From the human T2T-CHM13v2.0 reference genome, Homo sapiens, in the NCBI RefSeq assembly GCF_009914755.1, contig NC_060933.1: DNA of 64,000 bases. The stretch is one strand, 5' to 3'. Below, one piece after another: positions 1 to 15,117 of this stretch. A program made the translations under genes and the position numbers. The stretch's first letter is position 1. Each line of letters begins with the position of its first letter. A model generated the notes under the pieces. The model was not told where the DNA came from. It was given only the letters and a program-made list of their open reading frames with translations, and did not search any database.

Positions 1-284
1 GTTCATTAACTGCGAGGTTTTAGAGTGAACTAGAATTTGAAGAATGACAAAACTTTAAGAGGTTGCCAAAAAATACAGGTGTACTTGTTCAAAAGCAAGT
101 CTCAGATTGAGTCATGTATCAAATGTAAGCAATAACAGACTTGACTCCTCTGGGGAACTTAGGCAGAGTATTCATTTATACAATACTTGAAAATTCCAAG
201 TATTAACAAAGATAGCTTCTTTAATATAGCGAGAAACTCCTTACATCATATCCTTGAATAATGTCATAACATCGATGAAGGAAA

Positions 285-620
285 AAAATTGATCCCTGGC
301 CAGGGCCACTGTCAATATGGAATTTTCATATTCTCCCTATGTCTGTGTAGTACTGTAGTTTCCTCCCACATCCCAAAGATGTACGCTTTGGGTGAATCAG
401 CATCTGCATGGCCCCAGTCTGAGCGAGTGTGGGGTATGTGTGTGAGTGCGCCCTCCAATGGAATGACATCTGGTCCAAGGTGGGCTTCAGCTTTGGCCCC
501 AAGCTGCTGGGATGGGCCCTGGCCACCTGCAGTTCTGAACTGGAATTAGTGGGTAAATGTTTTTATTCATCTTTCTTAAATGTATGTATAGCTTACATTT
601 ATTTCAATGTCTTTTTTTTT
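285..620. mobile_element. MER6-like DNA transposon fragment
   Basis: Motifs ttctccctatgtctgtg...tcctcccacatcccaaagatg...gtgtgagtgcgccct resemble recalled MER6 consensus. Confidence 0.55.
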
Positions 621-2443
621 TTTCAAAAAACTGTTTGTATATTGCATATATAACTAAAATATAAAAGCAACATTTTATAAAACTTTCTAGAGAGACAAAT
701 TCCACACAAGTGGTAAGGGCAACCTAGTGTCTCTAGATTTGTTCTGTTTCATAAATTGGATTTTAACAAATCCTATGTAAATCAATTTTTGTAAATAAAA
801 TGTAATTGTTGGATTTTTCACATGTTAGATTTTTGCAGTAATCTGAGATTTACAACACTTTCTGATGTATGTTCACTCTGATTCTGAAACTAAATTATAT
901 TATTGGATTTCATATACAGTATTAAAATTAGTGGTGGTTTACCAAGATTAAACTTTAAAGCATATCTGAAAGTTATCTATCTGTAAATAAGACAAATTGT
1001 CTACAGAATTAGTTTTATATAGTCAGTGATGTGTAAACCTCTTGGCTTTAAGAACCACAACAACTTTGAATGCATTAAGAAAACTGTCACACAATTGATC
1101 CGAAACTGCATTAAGAAAAAAATTCCTACTTTTTTTTTTTTTTTTCCTTTCACTGGTTTCTTGTCTCTCAGGGTCATAGTTCCATGGGCTGTCCCCACCC
1201 AACCCCACCAAGTTTCCTTCATTGACATTTCTGTTCTTTCCTTCACAAATTCTGCCATGGCTTGTAGGGAGAGCACCTGATTAACCAATACTGAGCTGGG
1301 AATGACCGACACTTCTTAGCTAGTTCTATAAATTTTGTTAGTTTGTTTTTGTTAGCCCCAGTTAATCTCAAATAGATAGAAATTTAGAACATTATTGAGG
1401 GGATTATAATGGGATTAATCCCTTTTGCCTATCCCATAATGTATTCAGCTGTTTCATTTCTTTTTGTTCATTTGTGATTTTGTGTTTTCAAAGTAAAAAA
1501 TCTGAATATTTATTTAGAGTTTACTTTGGATTAAAAATATTCAATTTATTAGAGCTTCAAAATAATAACTGTAGCTCAAACTTTTAAGTTCCATCTACAA
1601 ATCTTAAAAATCTATTCGTAAATCTAGCAAATTTCAACACTTTTAGAGGGGAATCTTACAAATTAAATTCTCTTACGTATATTAATGTATATTTATAAAT
1701 ATGCCTTATAAATATATAATAAATTATATATTTTGTTTCTTCTTAAAATACTTGAATTGTCTAACAAGCTTTGTACCATTTCATGAGCAGGTATTTTTGC
1801 CAAAGCATGATATATGCATTGTGTAAACACCTTCATTCTGCACAAGTGCACACTAAAAACAAAGCTTGTGGGAAAATCGTTGGAACAGATCACTTAAAAC
1901 TTCCTATAACTTTGAACTAGAGGAGTCACAAATAATAATCTTAATAAAAGTTAGAAAATAATTAAATTTTTTCTTTTCCATGTAGTTTCACAAAGACAAC
2001 TGCAAGTTATAAATATTTTTTTTCAAATAAGTATAATTTCCTACTGCTTCCCTACTCTTCACATTCTTTTCCCCAGTTAGCTTACCTAGCTTTTAGTTCA
2101 GATTCTTCTCAGAATCGTATGGTCAAAGTCTGGTGTTTAATTTCCCTTCATGTTTCTTCTCAAAATTTATCAAAACTATCACTATGACTTAAGTTGGCTG
2201 GGTTCTATTTCATTAGTGCAAGTAAACAATAACTTGTTATCACCCATTTGTGGTAAAACTGTGGTATAGCTGGCTCTTCTGTTTGAGACCTATAGAAAAG
2301 TTCTGAATGTTTTTTTTCTTTCATGAGTGGATGTGTACATAGCACTCCTGATGGAGATATTTATCTTTTTTATGGGCATCTATATTGAATCCTTTGGAGT
2401 ATATCGATTTAAATGCAAAGTGTAGCTTAGAAATAAATGTTTG

Positions 2444-2722
2444 GGCTGGGTGAGGTGGCTCACGCCTGCAATCTCAGCACTTTGGGAGGCCCAAGGCGGG
2501 TGGATCACTTGAGGTCGGGAGTTCAAGACCAGCCTGACCAACATAGCAGAACCCCCGTCTCTACTAACAATACAAAAATTAGCTGGTGTGGTAATCCCGG
2601 CTACTCAGGAGGCTGAAGCAAATTGCTTGAACTGGGAGGTGGACATTGCAGTTTGCCAAGATTGCACCACTGCACTCCAGCCTGGGTGACAGAGCAAGAC
2701 TCCATTTAAAAAAAAAAAAAAA
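2444..2722 (+). mobile_element. AluS (Sp/Sq-like)
   Basis: ggctgggtgaggtggctcacgcctg... dimer with A tail. Confidence 0.92.
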
Positions 2723-3393
2723 GAAAAGTTCAGTTACATTTTCTCTTGAAAATTCAGGTTTTTGTTTTCTATCCATCTTCCTTACCTTGTATAGTTTAAC
2801 TTAACTTTTGCTCTGTATAATTCGTACTATAACATTAGTATGAATATGGTAGGTAGTGCATGTCAAATCTATTATCTGTTCTTGCAAACAATTTTGCTTT
2901 TAGTGAGAAAACCATCATAATTAAAATATTGAAGCTGGTTAGTTTCTCAAGCACATGACTGGGATCAAAAGCAAAGGAGTAACTGTTAACATTTAATACA
3001 CTCAAAATGTCAAAAAACATACGTGCATACATCCCACTTATGCAGGGATCCACGTATTAAACATCATCAATTGCCTGGAATAGCTAAGACTCAGGAAATA
3101 AGGCCTCCAAGGGGACACTCATCTTTACTCATTTAAGACATTTGTTGGTTTTGGGCTATATACAAGGCAATGGTGTGAATTAGAGTTGATTTTTTCCCAG
3201 TCTGAAGCTCATAGTTTATTAAGGGGACAAAAGCTAAATTCAGATAATATCAAATATACTGTAAAAGTGATGTGTACTCTAAAGGAGCTACAGATAAATA
3301 GCTTTGGGAGGCAGTTTAGAAAGGGAATATACTTTCAGTGTATTATTGAGGAATTCTTTGTAAAGAGAGTAGCATCTGAGCTGAGTCATGAGG

Positions 3394-4483
<1,090 letters not shown>

Positions 4484-5329
4484 TAGCATTAAGTACATTT
4501 ACAGTGTTTTGTACAACTATCACAATTACCTAGTTCCAGAACTTTTACATCACTCCAGGCAGAAACCATGGATTCATTAAGCAGTCATTCCCTGTTCTCT
4601 TCTGCTCTCAGCCCCTAGAACCATACATTTGTTTCTTGTCTGTGTCTCTCTGGATTTGCCTATTCTGGATACACTATATAAATATAATACAGCATGTACC
4701 TTTTGTGTCTTATTTAATTGCTGGATACTTTGTATAAATGGAATCACACACTATGTACCTTTTGTGTCTTCTTAATGTAATGTTTTCAAGGTTAATTCGT
4801 GTTTTAGCATGTATCAGTACTTCGTTTCTTTTATGGCTGAATAATATTTTGTTATATGGATTTACCACAGGGTGTTTATCCATGAATCAGGTGATGGCCA
4901 TTGAGGTTGTTTTCACTTTTTGGCTATTGGAACAGTCCTGCTATGACTAGGAGTGTTCATAGCAGTTGTTCATGTACAATTTGTATTTGAACACCTGTTT
5001 TCAATTATTTTTGGGTATATACCTGGAAGTAGAATTGCTAGGTTACATGGTAATTCTATGTTTAACTTTTTGAGAAACTGCCAGACTGTTTTCCCACAAG
5101 CCATATGTGAAGGTTCTGGTTTCTCCATATCCTCATCAACATTTGTTATTTTCTGGGTTTTTTTTTTTATTATATTAGGGTCATCCCAATGAATGTGAAA
5201 TAGTATCTCATTATGGTTTTGATGTGTATTTCCCTAATGATTAATGACATTGAACATACTTTCATTTGCTCTTTGGCCATTTGTGTATCTTCTCTAGATA
5301 AATATCTATTCAAGTCTTCTTCCCACTGT

Positions 5330-5639
<310 letters not shown>

Positions 5640-7147
5640 TAATTGGTTTGTTTATCTTTGAGTTATAAGAATTATTTATATATTCTGGATACTACATCCT
5701 TTTAAGATACATGATTTTCATATTTTTTTTCTCATTGTCTGGGCTTTTCACTTTCTTGGTAGTGTATTTTGCACAAAAAAGTTTAATTTTGATGAAGTCC
5801 AATTTATATATATATTTTGTTCCTTACAGTTTTTTTATATCTAGAAAACAATTGCCAAATGCAAGGCCATGACAATTTACGCCTATATTTTCTTCTATTT
5901 TTTTAAGAATAGTTTTAGCTCTTATATTTAGAGTTTTTATTCATTTTGAATTATTTTTTACTTATGATGTGAGATAAGGATCCAATTTAATTCTTTCGTA
6001 AATGGTTATTCAGTTGTCTTAGTACAGAGAATGTTGTTTCCCCTGTTGAGTGCACTTGGCACCTTTGCCAATAATCAATTGACCATAGGTATACAGGTTT
6101 ATTATTAGGCTCTTAATTCCATTCCATTGATCTGTATGTCTGCCCTTGTATCATTACCACACTGTGTTGGTTACTGTAGCTTTGCAGTAGGTTTTGTGAT
6201 CAGGAAATGTGAATTCTCCAACTTTGTTCTTCTTTTCAAGATTATTTTGGCTCTTCGGGGTTCCTTGCCTTTCTGTATGAATTTTAGGATCAGCTTTCCC
6301 ATTTCTGTTTTTTTTTTTTTTTTTTTTTTAAAGAACATTGGGATTTTGGTAGAAATTGCATTTAATCTATAGCTGTTTGGGAAGTATTATCGTAACAATA
6401 TTAAATATTCCATTCATGAACATAATATACCTTTCCAATTTCTTAGTTCTCCCTTAATTTATTTACGCATACAACTCTTACTCATCCTTGGGTCAGTTTA
6501 TTCCCAAGTATTTTATTCCTTTTTGATGCTATTGTAAATGGAGTTGTTTTCTGAAATTTTTATTGCTAGCGTAGAGAAATATATACGATTTCTGTGTTGA
6601 TCATATACTACAGCTTTGATGAATTTATTAGCTCTAATAACTCTTCTGTGGATTCTTTAGAATTTTCTATATATACTATACTATTATGACATCTTTGAAT
6701 AAAGAGAGTCCCATTTTTTCCGTTTCTGTTGGATGACTTTTCTTTTTCTTACTTGATTGCTGTCTAGAATGTCCAGTATTATGCTGAACGGAAGTAGTGA
6801 GAGCAGCATTCTTGTCTCATGCATGATCGTAGCGGGAAAACTTTCAGTCAGTAAACAGTCATTTACTGTTGAGTAAGATGTTAGCTGTGCGCTTTATCAT
6901 ATATGTCCTTTATCATTTTGAAGAAGTTCCCTTCCTTTCCTCATTTGTTGAGTGTTTTTATCTTAAAAGATTATTACTATTTTTTCAGATGCTTTTTCTG
7001 CATGAATTGAAATCATTCTGGGATTTTTCCCCTTCATTCTATTAATATGATTACATTGTATTACATTGATTTTCATGTGTTGAACCACCATTGTATTCTT
7101 AGGCTAAAGCCCACTTGGTAGTGGTGGATAATCCTTTTAATATGCTA

Positions 7148-7602
<455 letters not shown>

Positions 7603-10600
7603 TTACCTATTTTTTTTTAATAACATCTTGAGAAGGATGAATGTTCATTCTTATTTAAATATTGTATAGGTCACTAATTAAGCCATCTTGTTTTGGGTTC
7701 TTCTTTATTGGGAGGTTTTTTGATTAGTGACTCAATTTCATTACTTATTATAGGTCTATTCATATGTTTTATTTCCTCGAGTCAGTTGGGAAATTTGTGT
7801 GTTTCTAGGAATTTGTCCATTTAACATAGGTTATCTAACTTGTTAGCATTCAGTTGTTTACAATATTCTCTTATAACCCATACTATTTTTTTGTATGATC
7901 AGTAATAATATTCCCACTTTCATTTCAGACTTATAAAGTCTTCTTTTTCCTTAGGTTTTTCAATTGTATTGATGTTTTCAAACAACCAACTTGCTTTAAT
8001 TGATTTTTCTCTGTTTTTCTATTCTCGATTTCATGTATAGCCACTCTAATTTTTATCACATCCATCCTTCTGCCAGCTCTTTTACTAGTTCCATAAGGTA
8101 TAAAGTTAGGTTACTGATTTGAAATCTTTTTCTTAATATAGGCATTTTACCTATAAATTTCTCTCTGAGGACTTCATTCACTGTATCCCATAACGTTGCA
8201 TGTTTGTTTTCATTAGTTTCAGAGCATTTCCTGATTTCCCTTTTGGTTCTTCTTTGAGTCATTGATTGTTTTACAGTGTATTTTGAATTTCCACATATTT
8301 GAATTTTCTAGTTTTTCTTTTACTGATTTTTAGTTATATTCCATTTGGTTAGAGAAGATACTTTATGTGCTTTCAGTCTTTTAAAATTTATTAAGACTTT
8401 TTTGTGGTTTAATATCCATTCTGTCTTGGAGAATGTTCCATGTGCATTTGAGAATAATATGTATTCTGCTGTTGGGTGGCATATTCAGTATGTGTCTTAG
8501 GTCTAAGTGGTTTATATAGTGTTATTTAACTTCTCTATTTCCTTATTTTCTGTCCAGTTCTATCCATTATTGAAAGTGGGGTATTGAAGTCTCCAACATT
8601 ATTACACATCTATTTTTCCCTTCAGTTTTGTGTTCTTTCTTCATATATTAATATTTTGTGGCTCTGATGCTATATTTGAATCTCTTTATAGGTGTGGTAT
8701 CTTCTTGCTAGATTGACTGTTTGATCATTATAAAAATCCTTCTTTGTCTCTTGTGATAGTTACTAAAGTCTTTTGTTTTTTTGTTTGTTTGTTTGTTTGT
8801 TTCTGATTTTACCACAGCCACCCTACTATTTGCATGGAATATATTTTTCCTTCCTTCCACCTTCAACTTGTTTCCTTGGATCTAAAGTAATTTTCTTGTA
8901 GACAGCTTATAAATGGACTCATTTGGTTTATTCGAATCCATTCTGATAATGCTTGCCTTTTAATGAATGCATTTAATCCATTTACATTAAAGTACTTACT
9001 GATAAAGAAGGATTTCTGCCATTTTGCTATTTGTTTTCTATTATGTCTGTATCTTTTTTGTCCTGGGTTCCTCCACTGCTGCCTTTTTGTTGTTGTTGTT
9101 GTTGTTTTTATTGTTGTTGTTGGTTTGATTTTTTTGCATTGTACCATTTCAACTCCTTTCTCATTTCCTTTTTTGTACATGTTTTAGTTATTAATGGTTA
9201 CCTTGGGGATTAAATTAACATCTTGCATGTACAACAGCCTAGTTTGAAGTAATACCAACTTAGCTTCAATAATATCTCAAAACTATGTTCCTGTACATCT
9301 CCCTCTCTCCCTTTTTATGTTGTTGTTATGACAAATTACATCTTTATACATTGTGTAACTGTTAACATAGATATATAATTACTGTTTTATGCACTTGTCT
9401 TTTGAGTCATATAGGGAAAAAAAGGCAGATTTCTGAACCAAAAATACTGCTGGCTTTTATATTTACCTATGTAATTACTTTTATCAGTGTTCTTTATTTT
9501 CTTACATGGGTTTGAGTTATTGCCTCTTGTTTTTTCAGGCTGAAGAACTTCCTTTAGCATTTCTGGTAGTTCAGGTCTACTTGTGACAAATTCCCTCAAC
9601 TTTTTGTTTATCTGGAAATTCATTAATTTCTTTTTTGTTTTTGAAGGATAATTTTTCTAGATATTTCAGCACTTGAAATATGTCATCCCACTGTTCTCTG
9701 GCCTCCATGGTTTCCTATGAAAAGTTGGCTGTCAGTCTTACTTGGGATCTCTTGTATGTGAGGAGTCACATACATCTCTTGCTGCTTTCAAGATTCTCTT
9801 CGTTTTTTTGACAGTTTGAACATGATGTGTCTCTGTGTGCATCTTTTAAAATTTATCCTACTTGGAGTTTCTTGGAAGAAAGACTCTTGGCTTTCTCAGA
9901 TTTGGAAAGTTTGTAACCATGATTTCTTCATATATTCTCTTTTCTCTCTCCTTGCCTTTGGACTTCCATCATACAGACAGGCGTTGGTATTTATGATGTT
10001 GTTCCCATAAGTCTTTAAACTGGGTCTATTTTTTTTTCATTCTTTTTTCCTATTTCTTGGATTCCATAGTTAATGAAATCACTCATGTCGAATAGTCACA
10101 AACTGTTAATTTGTTGAGTTTTACAGGACAAAAATCTAACAATTGTTAGTTACTTGATTTTGTACACTATATTAGTCAGCATAGGTTAAATCATCACAGT
10201 AGAGGATTAAAAACAAAACATGTACCAAGTGTTGACTCTTAAATCTTCTGTTCAGAAATGACACAAATCACTTCCCCTCATATTTTATAGGCCAAAGTAA
10301 ATCATGTGGCCACACCTAATTTTAAGAAGGCAGGAAACTGCAGTTCTGCCGTCTGTCCAGATACGAAAAACATTAACATTTACAGTGTGTGTTCCCTTCC
10401 CTACTCCATCCCCAATCCATTCCTTAGCATTCATTCCATTATTTCTACGTGCAGACAGAGGTTACTGTGTTAGTCTCTTTAACTCTAATTTTCAGTTGCT
10501 TAGAGCCTTAAATATTAGAGTTTGATTATCAGCTCCCTTACTTTCTTAGCTTTGTGATCAAGAGCAAAGTTCTCAATATTTGTACGTTTCAGTTTTCTCT

Positions 10601-11099
10601 CTGAAAAAGTGGAGATAATTCCTGTCTCAAAAGATTACAAATGATTGGTTGAGAGGATGTGTATAGAACGTTTTGTACACTGTTTCATACATAGTAAATG
10701 CTCTATTCCTATTCTCCTGGCATTCAGTGCTTTCATAATCTGGCTTCAACTTATTCTTCTAGCCTCATCTTCTGTGACTCTCTTCCAGTCATCTGATGCT
10801 GTACCTTATCAAATTATAGTTGAATTCTAAGTAATAATATTTTTTATGAGAAAGTCAGAATTTTTTTGTTACTGTAATTTTTTAAAGTTTGCTCTATTTT
10901 AGTATGTTTGGAAGACAGGATGGAAACTTTCCTGCGAGATGTATCTCTAATTTTATAATGGAAGTCATGAAGAAATTAGAATTTACTTAAATTTGCTTTA
11001 AAGTTCTTGTAATACTTTAGTTGTAATAAATGAGAATATTCATATAAAGAAAAACACGGTTTCCAGTTTTAAGATAGGTAATGTGGTTTCAATTCTTTC

Positions 11100-12350
11100 T
11101 CTTGATAATCACCAACAGAAAAAAAGCTGAAATAAAATTCCCATCTTTAATTTAAACTAGAGGTATCTCCAACCCTTGAGCTAAAAATCCAAAGAGAAAG
11201 ATAAATAACTAAGGAAGAGCATCAAACTTGAGCGCTTAAGAACCTACAGGATACTGATAAAAAGCACCTTGTTTTACCTGCAAACTCAGAAAGGCTTAGA
11301 GCTTAGAAGGACTGGTACTACAGAATATAGGAGTGAGGCAGGGGCCATCAACATAGAGATTGCTTGAAAACACTGAATAAGGATTCCTATGTTCCCACCT
11401 CACAGGAAATATACTGTCTGGTTTAACAATATGTATTATATTTAACAGAAGAGTGAGATGCTAAAGTTGTCATAGTGCCTCTTTACCCTGCTTGGCTCCA
11501 GACTTCTGTCTTTCACGCTTTGATATCCCAGGCAGGTTTGAGGGATCCTTCCTGGAGAAATGGAACCACTGAAGAAAAACTGCTCAACAGGTACTAGTAT
11601 TTGAAGACCTCAAAAAAGTGCTGGCTGGCCACTACCCTGCTGAAGTCCACCAGTTGACAGCCTGCAGACACGTAGTCACCTTTTTATTGTTAACCTCTAA
11701 AATAAGAACAAAGGACTAAACATTGTTAGCCATTTTAGGAAAGTTTCCAGTGTAACTTAGAAACACATACCAGAAAAAAGGAACTTAAAGTAAACAGATA
11801 CTTGAAGGAATGAAAACAGTTTGAGGAAATAATTAACAACCTTAGACAGATTTTGGCTAATCAAACAAGGTAGGATGGTTTAAGAAAACGGGGGGAGTGG
11901 ATGAGAAAATTCTCAGAATGAAAAGTACAATAGTAGAAATATATTCAGTAAAAGCATTGAAAGAAACAGTTGAGGAACTTTCCCTGGATATAGAATAAAA
12001 GACAAGAATAAGAGAGAAAAGAGAAAATTAGAGTTTAATATGAGGTTTAATATCTAACTGACTAGGAGTTGTAGAAAGAGAGAACAGGGAATGGAGAAGC
12101 TTATTATTATATTAAGGAAACAAAACATGTAAATTTCCTAGAGTTTAAACTAAATACATCAGTAGATTGAACAGGTCTACCAGGTGCTCAGTGCAATGAT
12201 AAACATTCACATACTTGTAGAAAAATTAATTATTTTGAAATTTCAGAACCCATCGGATATATAAAAAGAAGATCCTAGGTACTTCAGAGGAAAAAGAGCT
12301 AGTCTGTGAATAGGAATGTCATTGAACTCCACAGCCACACTTGAGAATCT
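11100..12350 (+). mobile_element. Very old L1M 5'/ORF1-region fragment
   Basis: Purine-rich decayed ORF1-like motifs (ggagttgtagaaagagagaacag...aaatttcctagag...agattgaac). Confidence 0.5.
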
Positions 12351-12658
12351 AAAAGGACATGTCCCCAGTGTACTTATCTCCCAGATTCAAAAGTTGTCAA
12401 CATCCCCCTCTCCCCATGCATGCATACTTTTTAATTATTAAAGCAACTTTCATATACTATATCATTCAACCCTAAATGCTTCTGTTTTGTCTGTAACAGG
12501 TAGACATTTTAAGGAAACCAAACCACAATATTATTACCCAACAGAATTAATAGTTTATTAGTGTCATCAAATACTCAGTCTGTGTTCAGTTTTCCCATTT
12601 TAACTCAGAGCTGTTATTTTAGGAGTTGGTCTGTTCAAATCAGGACATACGTCTTTTT

Positions 12659-13673
12659 TGTTTGTTTTCCTTTTTATCTTTATTTTATATATATATATTT
12701 TTATTATACTTTAAGTTCTAGGGTACATGTGCACAATGTGCAGGTTTGTTACATATGTATACATGTGCTGTGTTGGTGTTCTGCACCCATTAACTCGTCA
12801 TTTACATTAGGTATATCTCCTAATGCTATCCCTCCCTGCTGCCCCCACCCCACAACAGGACCTGATGTGTGATGGTCCCTTTCCTGTGTCCAAGTGTTCT
12901 CATTGTTCAATTCCCACCTATGAGTGAGAACATGCGGTGTTTGGTTTTTTGTCCTTGCGACAGTTTGCTGAGAATGATGGTTTCCAGCTTCATCTATGTC
13001 CCTACAAAGGACATGAACTCATCCTTTTATATGGCTGCATAGTATTCCATGGTGTATATGTGCCACATTTTCTTAATCCAGTCTATCATTGTTGAACATT
13101 TGGGTTGGTTCCAAGTCTTTGCTATTGTGAGTAGTGCCGCAATAAACATACATGCGCATGTGTCTTTATAGCAGCATGATTTATATTCCTTTGGGTATAT
13201 ACCTAGTAATGGGATTGCTGGGTCAAATGGTATTTCTAGTTCTAGATCCCTAAGGAATCGCCACACTGTCTTCCACAATAGTTGAACTAGTTTGCAGTCC
13301 CACCAACAATGTAAAAGTGTTCCTATTTCTTCACATTCTCTCCAGCACCTGTTGTTTCCTGACTTTTTAATGATCACCATTCTAACTGGTGTGAGATGGT
13401 ATCTCATTGTGGTTTTGATTTGCATTTCTCTGATGGCCAGTGATGATGAGCATTTTTTCATGTGTCTGTTAAAGAGCTTCTGCGCAGCAAAAGAAACTAC
13501 CATCAGAGTGAAGAGGCAACCTACAGAATGGGAGAACATTTTTGCAATCTACTCATCTGACAAAGGGCTAATATCCAGCATCTACAAAGGACTCAAACAA
13601 ATTTACAAGAAAAAAACAACCCCATCAAAAAGTGGGCAAAGGATATGAACAGACACTTCTCAAAAGAAGACAT
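12659..13673 (-). mobile_element. 5'-truncated, 5'-inverted L1PA
   Basis: L1 3' end on - strand 12659-13470, then + strand L1 ORF2 segment 13471-13673; TSD gacataYgtcttttt. Confidence 0.93.
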
Positions 13674-15009
13674 ATGTCTTTTTAAGTTTCCACTGAAAGG
13701 AGTCTACCTCTGTGTTGTTTTCTGTCTTAAGCTTTCTAGACCTATTTGAATTTTAACTTCTGTATATATATTACTTTGGAAAATAAAATTTAACTTTAAA
13801 ACCAGATATATTAATACATCGAAGACATCTCAGTAAATCATCACAGACTGTGTGTTCAGCAGTTTAAATGTGACTCCTATAAACTAATTACTTTCATGTC
13901 CTTTTTACAGGCTGTCACATCAGTCAGACATGTTAGTTGAACACGAACCTGTATGGTTAAACATTAGCTAGTTTAGTCATTTAGACTTAGAAGGAATTAA
14001 GTAAGTACTCCAGTTCATAGTAGTAGCAGGATAGAATGGTAATAAATCACCACAAAACTTTATAAGAAAAATAGTCTGTAACAAAAAAATAAGCAAAAAT
14101 AAGTAAGAAAGAAAACTAAAAAAATGAGCATCAAAATATATTTCCCAAAGCCAGGAACTTTGAAAGCTATTGGACTTGTTTGCCTCTTTGTGCATATTTT
14201 AATAGTATCGACAAATTATAGGAATGTACTTGACTGGAAAGGGAGAGATGACATCAGCAGGCTAATTGTTGCCACAAGTGATAGCTGATGGTGAGAGACA
14301 GATAACTGTTAAATTCCAGCACAGGCACTGAAGAAGATACTGGTCTACCATGCCATGTGGAGATAAAGAATACAAAACAACCTGTAGTCCTTTGAAGGGT
14401 CGTGTGTGACAGTTCAGTTAAGTTGGCATTGACCCAGCACTCTACTGCAGCTATTTGATGCCAGGGATTTAAAATTTTAGGTATTTAGCTACTTATTACT
14501 AAGTAACTTGTGAAACATCTCCTAATTGCACCCTTGAATTTCACCTTAATTCTGATTCACACCCAAAGAATAGGAATGAAGGATAAGGTGTGGAGTAAGT
14601 AAAGATGAAGCCACACGATTTGGATCACTGGGACAGATACTGTATAGAATGATACTTTTTTCCATAGTTGTCCACCTTAGAAAGGGCCCTCAGGAATTTT
14701 AAACAAAATGCCTGTTGGTTCTCTTTAGAGTTAGTTCACTTTTATTTCAAGTGGGTTTTTTTCTCAGATTCTCTGCTCTTCTTCCCACCCTCCTAACACA
14801 AATTACATTGGTCAAACATTTATTTCCAATTGATAAGTAGATAATGTCTGCTATAATAGAATTTAAGTCTGTTTTTCATTTGAGAATCTGAAGGATGAAT
14901 ACCTGATTTGTAAGTTTTATTTCATTTACTTTATTTGATTGTATGTGTATTAGCCACAGAATGGAGGCAAATTCAGCATCTTTCTTTAACTCTATGCTGT
15001 TTGTTTTAG

Positions 15010-15117
15010 AGGAAGTCCACAAATGAAGGGGACACCCCATTTTAAGGAAGAACAGTGTGCTCCAGCATTAAATTTGGAGATGAGGAAAATACTGGATTTA
15101 CAAGCACCCATCATGAG
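15010..15117 (+). CDS. RIC1: RIC1 coding exon 4 (108 nt): (K)[35 protein letters not shown](S)
   Basis: ttttag|a acceptor, ag|gtacag donor; phase 2-2; translation matches recalled RIC1 and joins the next exon in frame. Confidence 0.95.
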
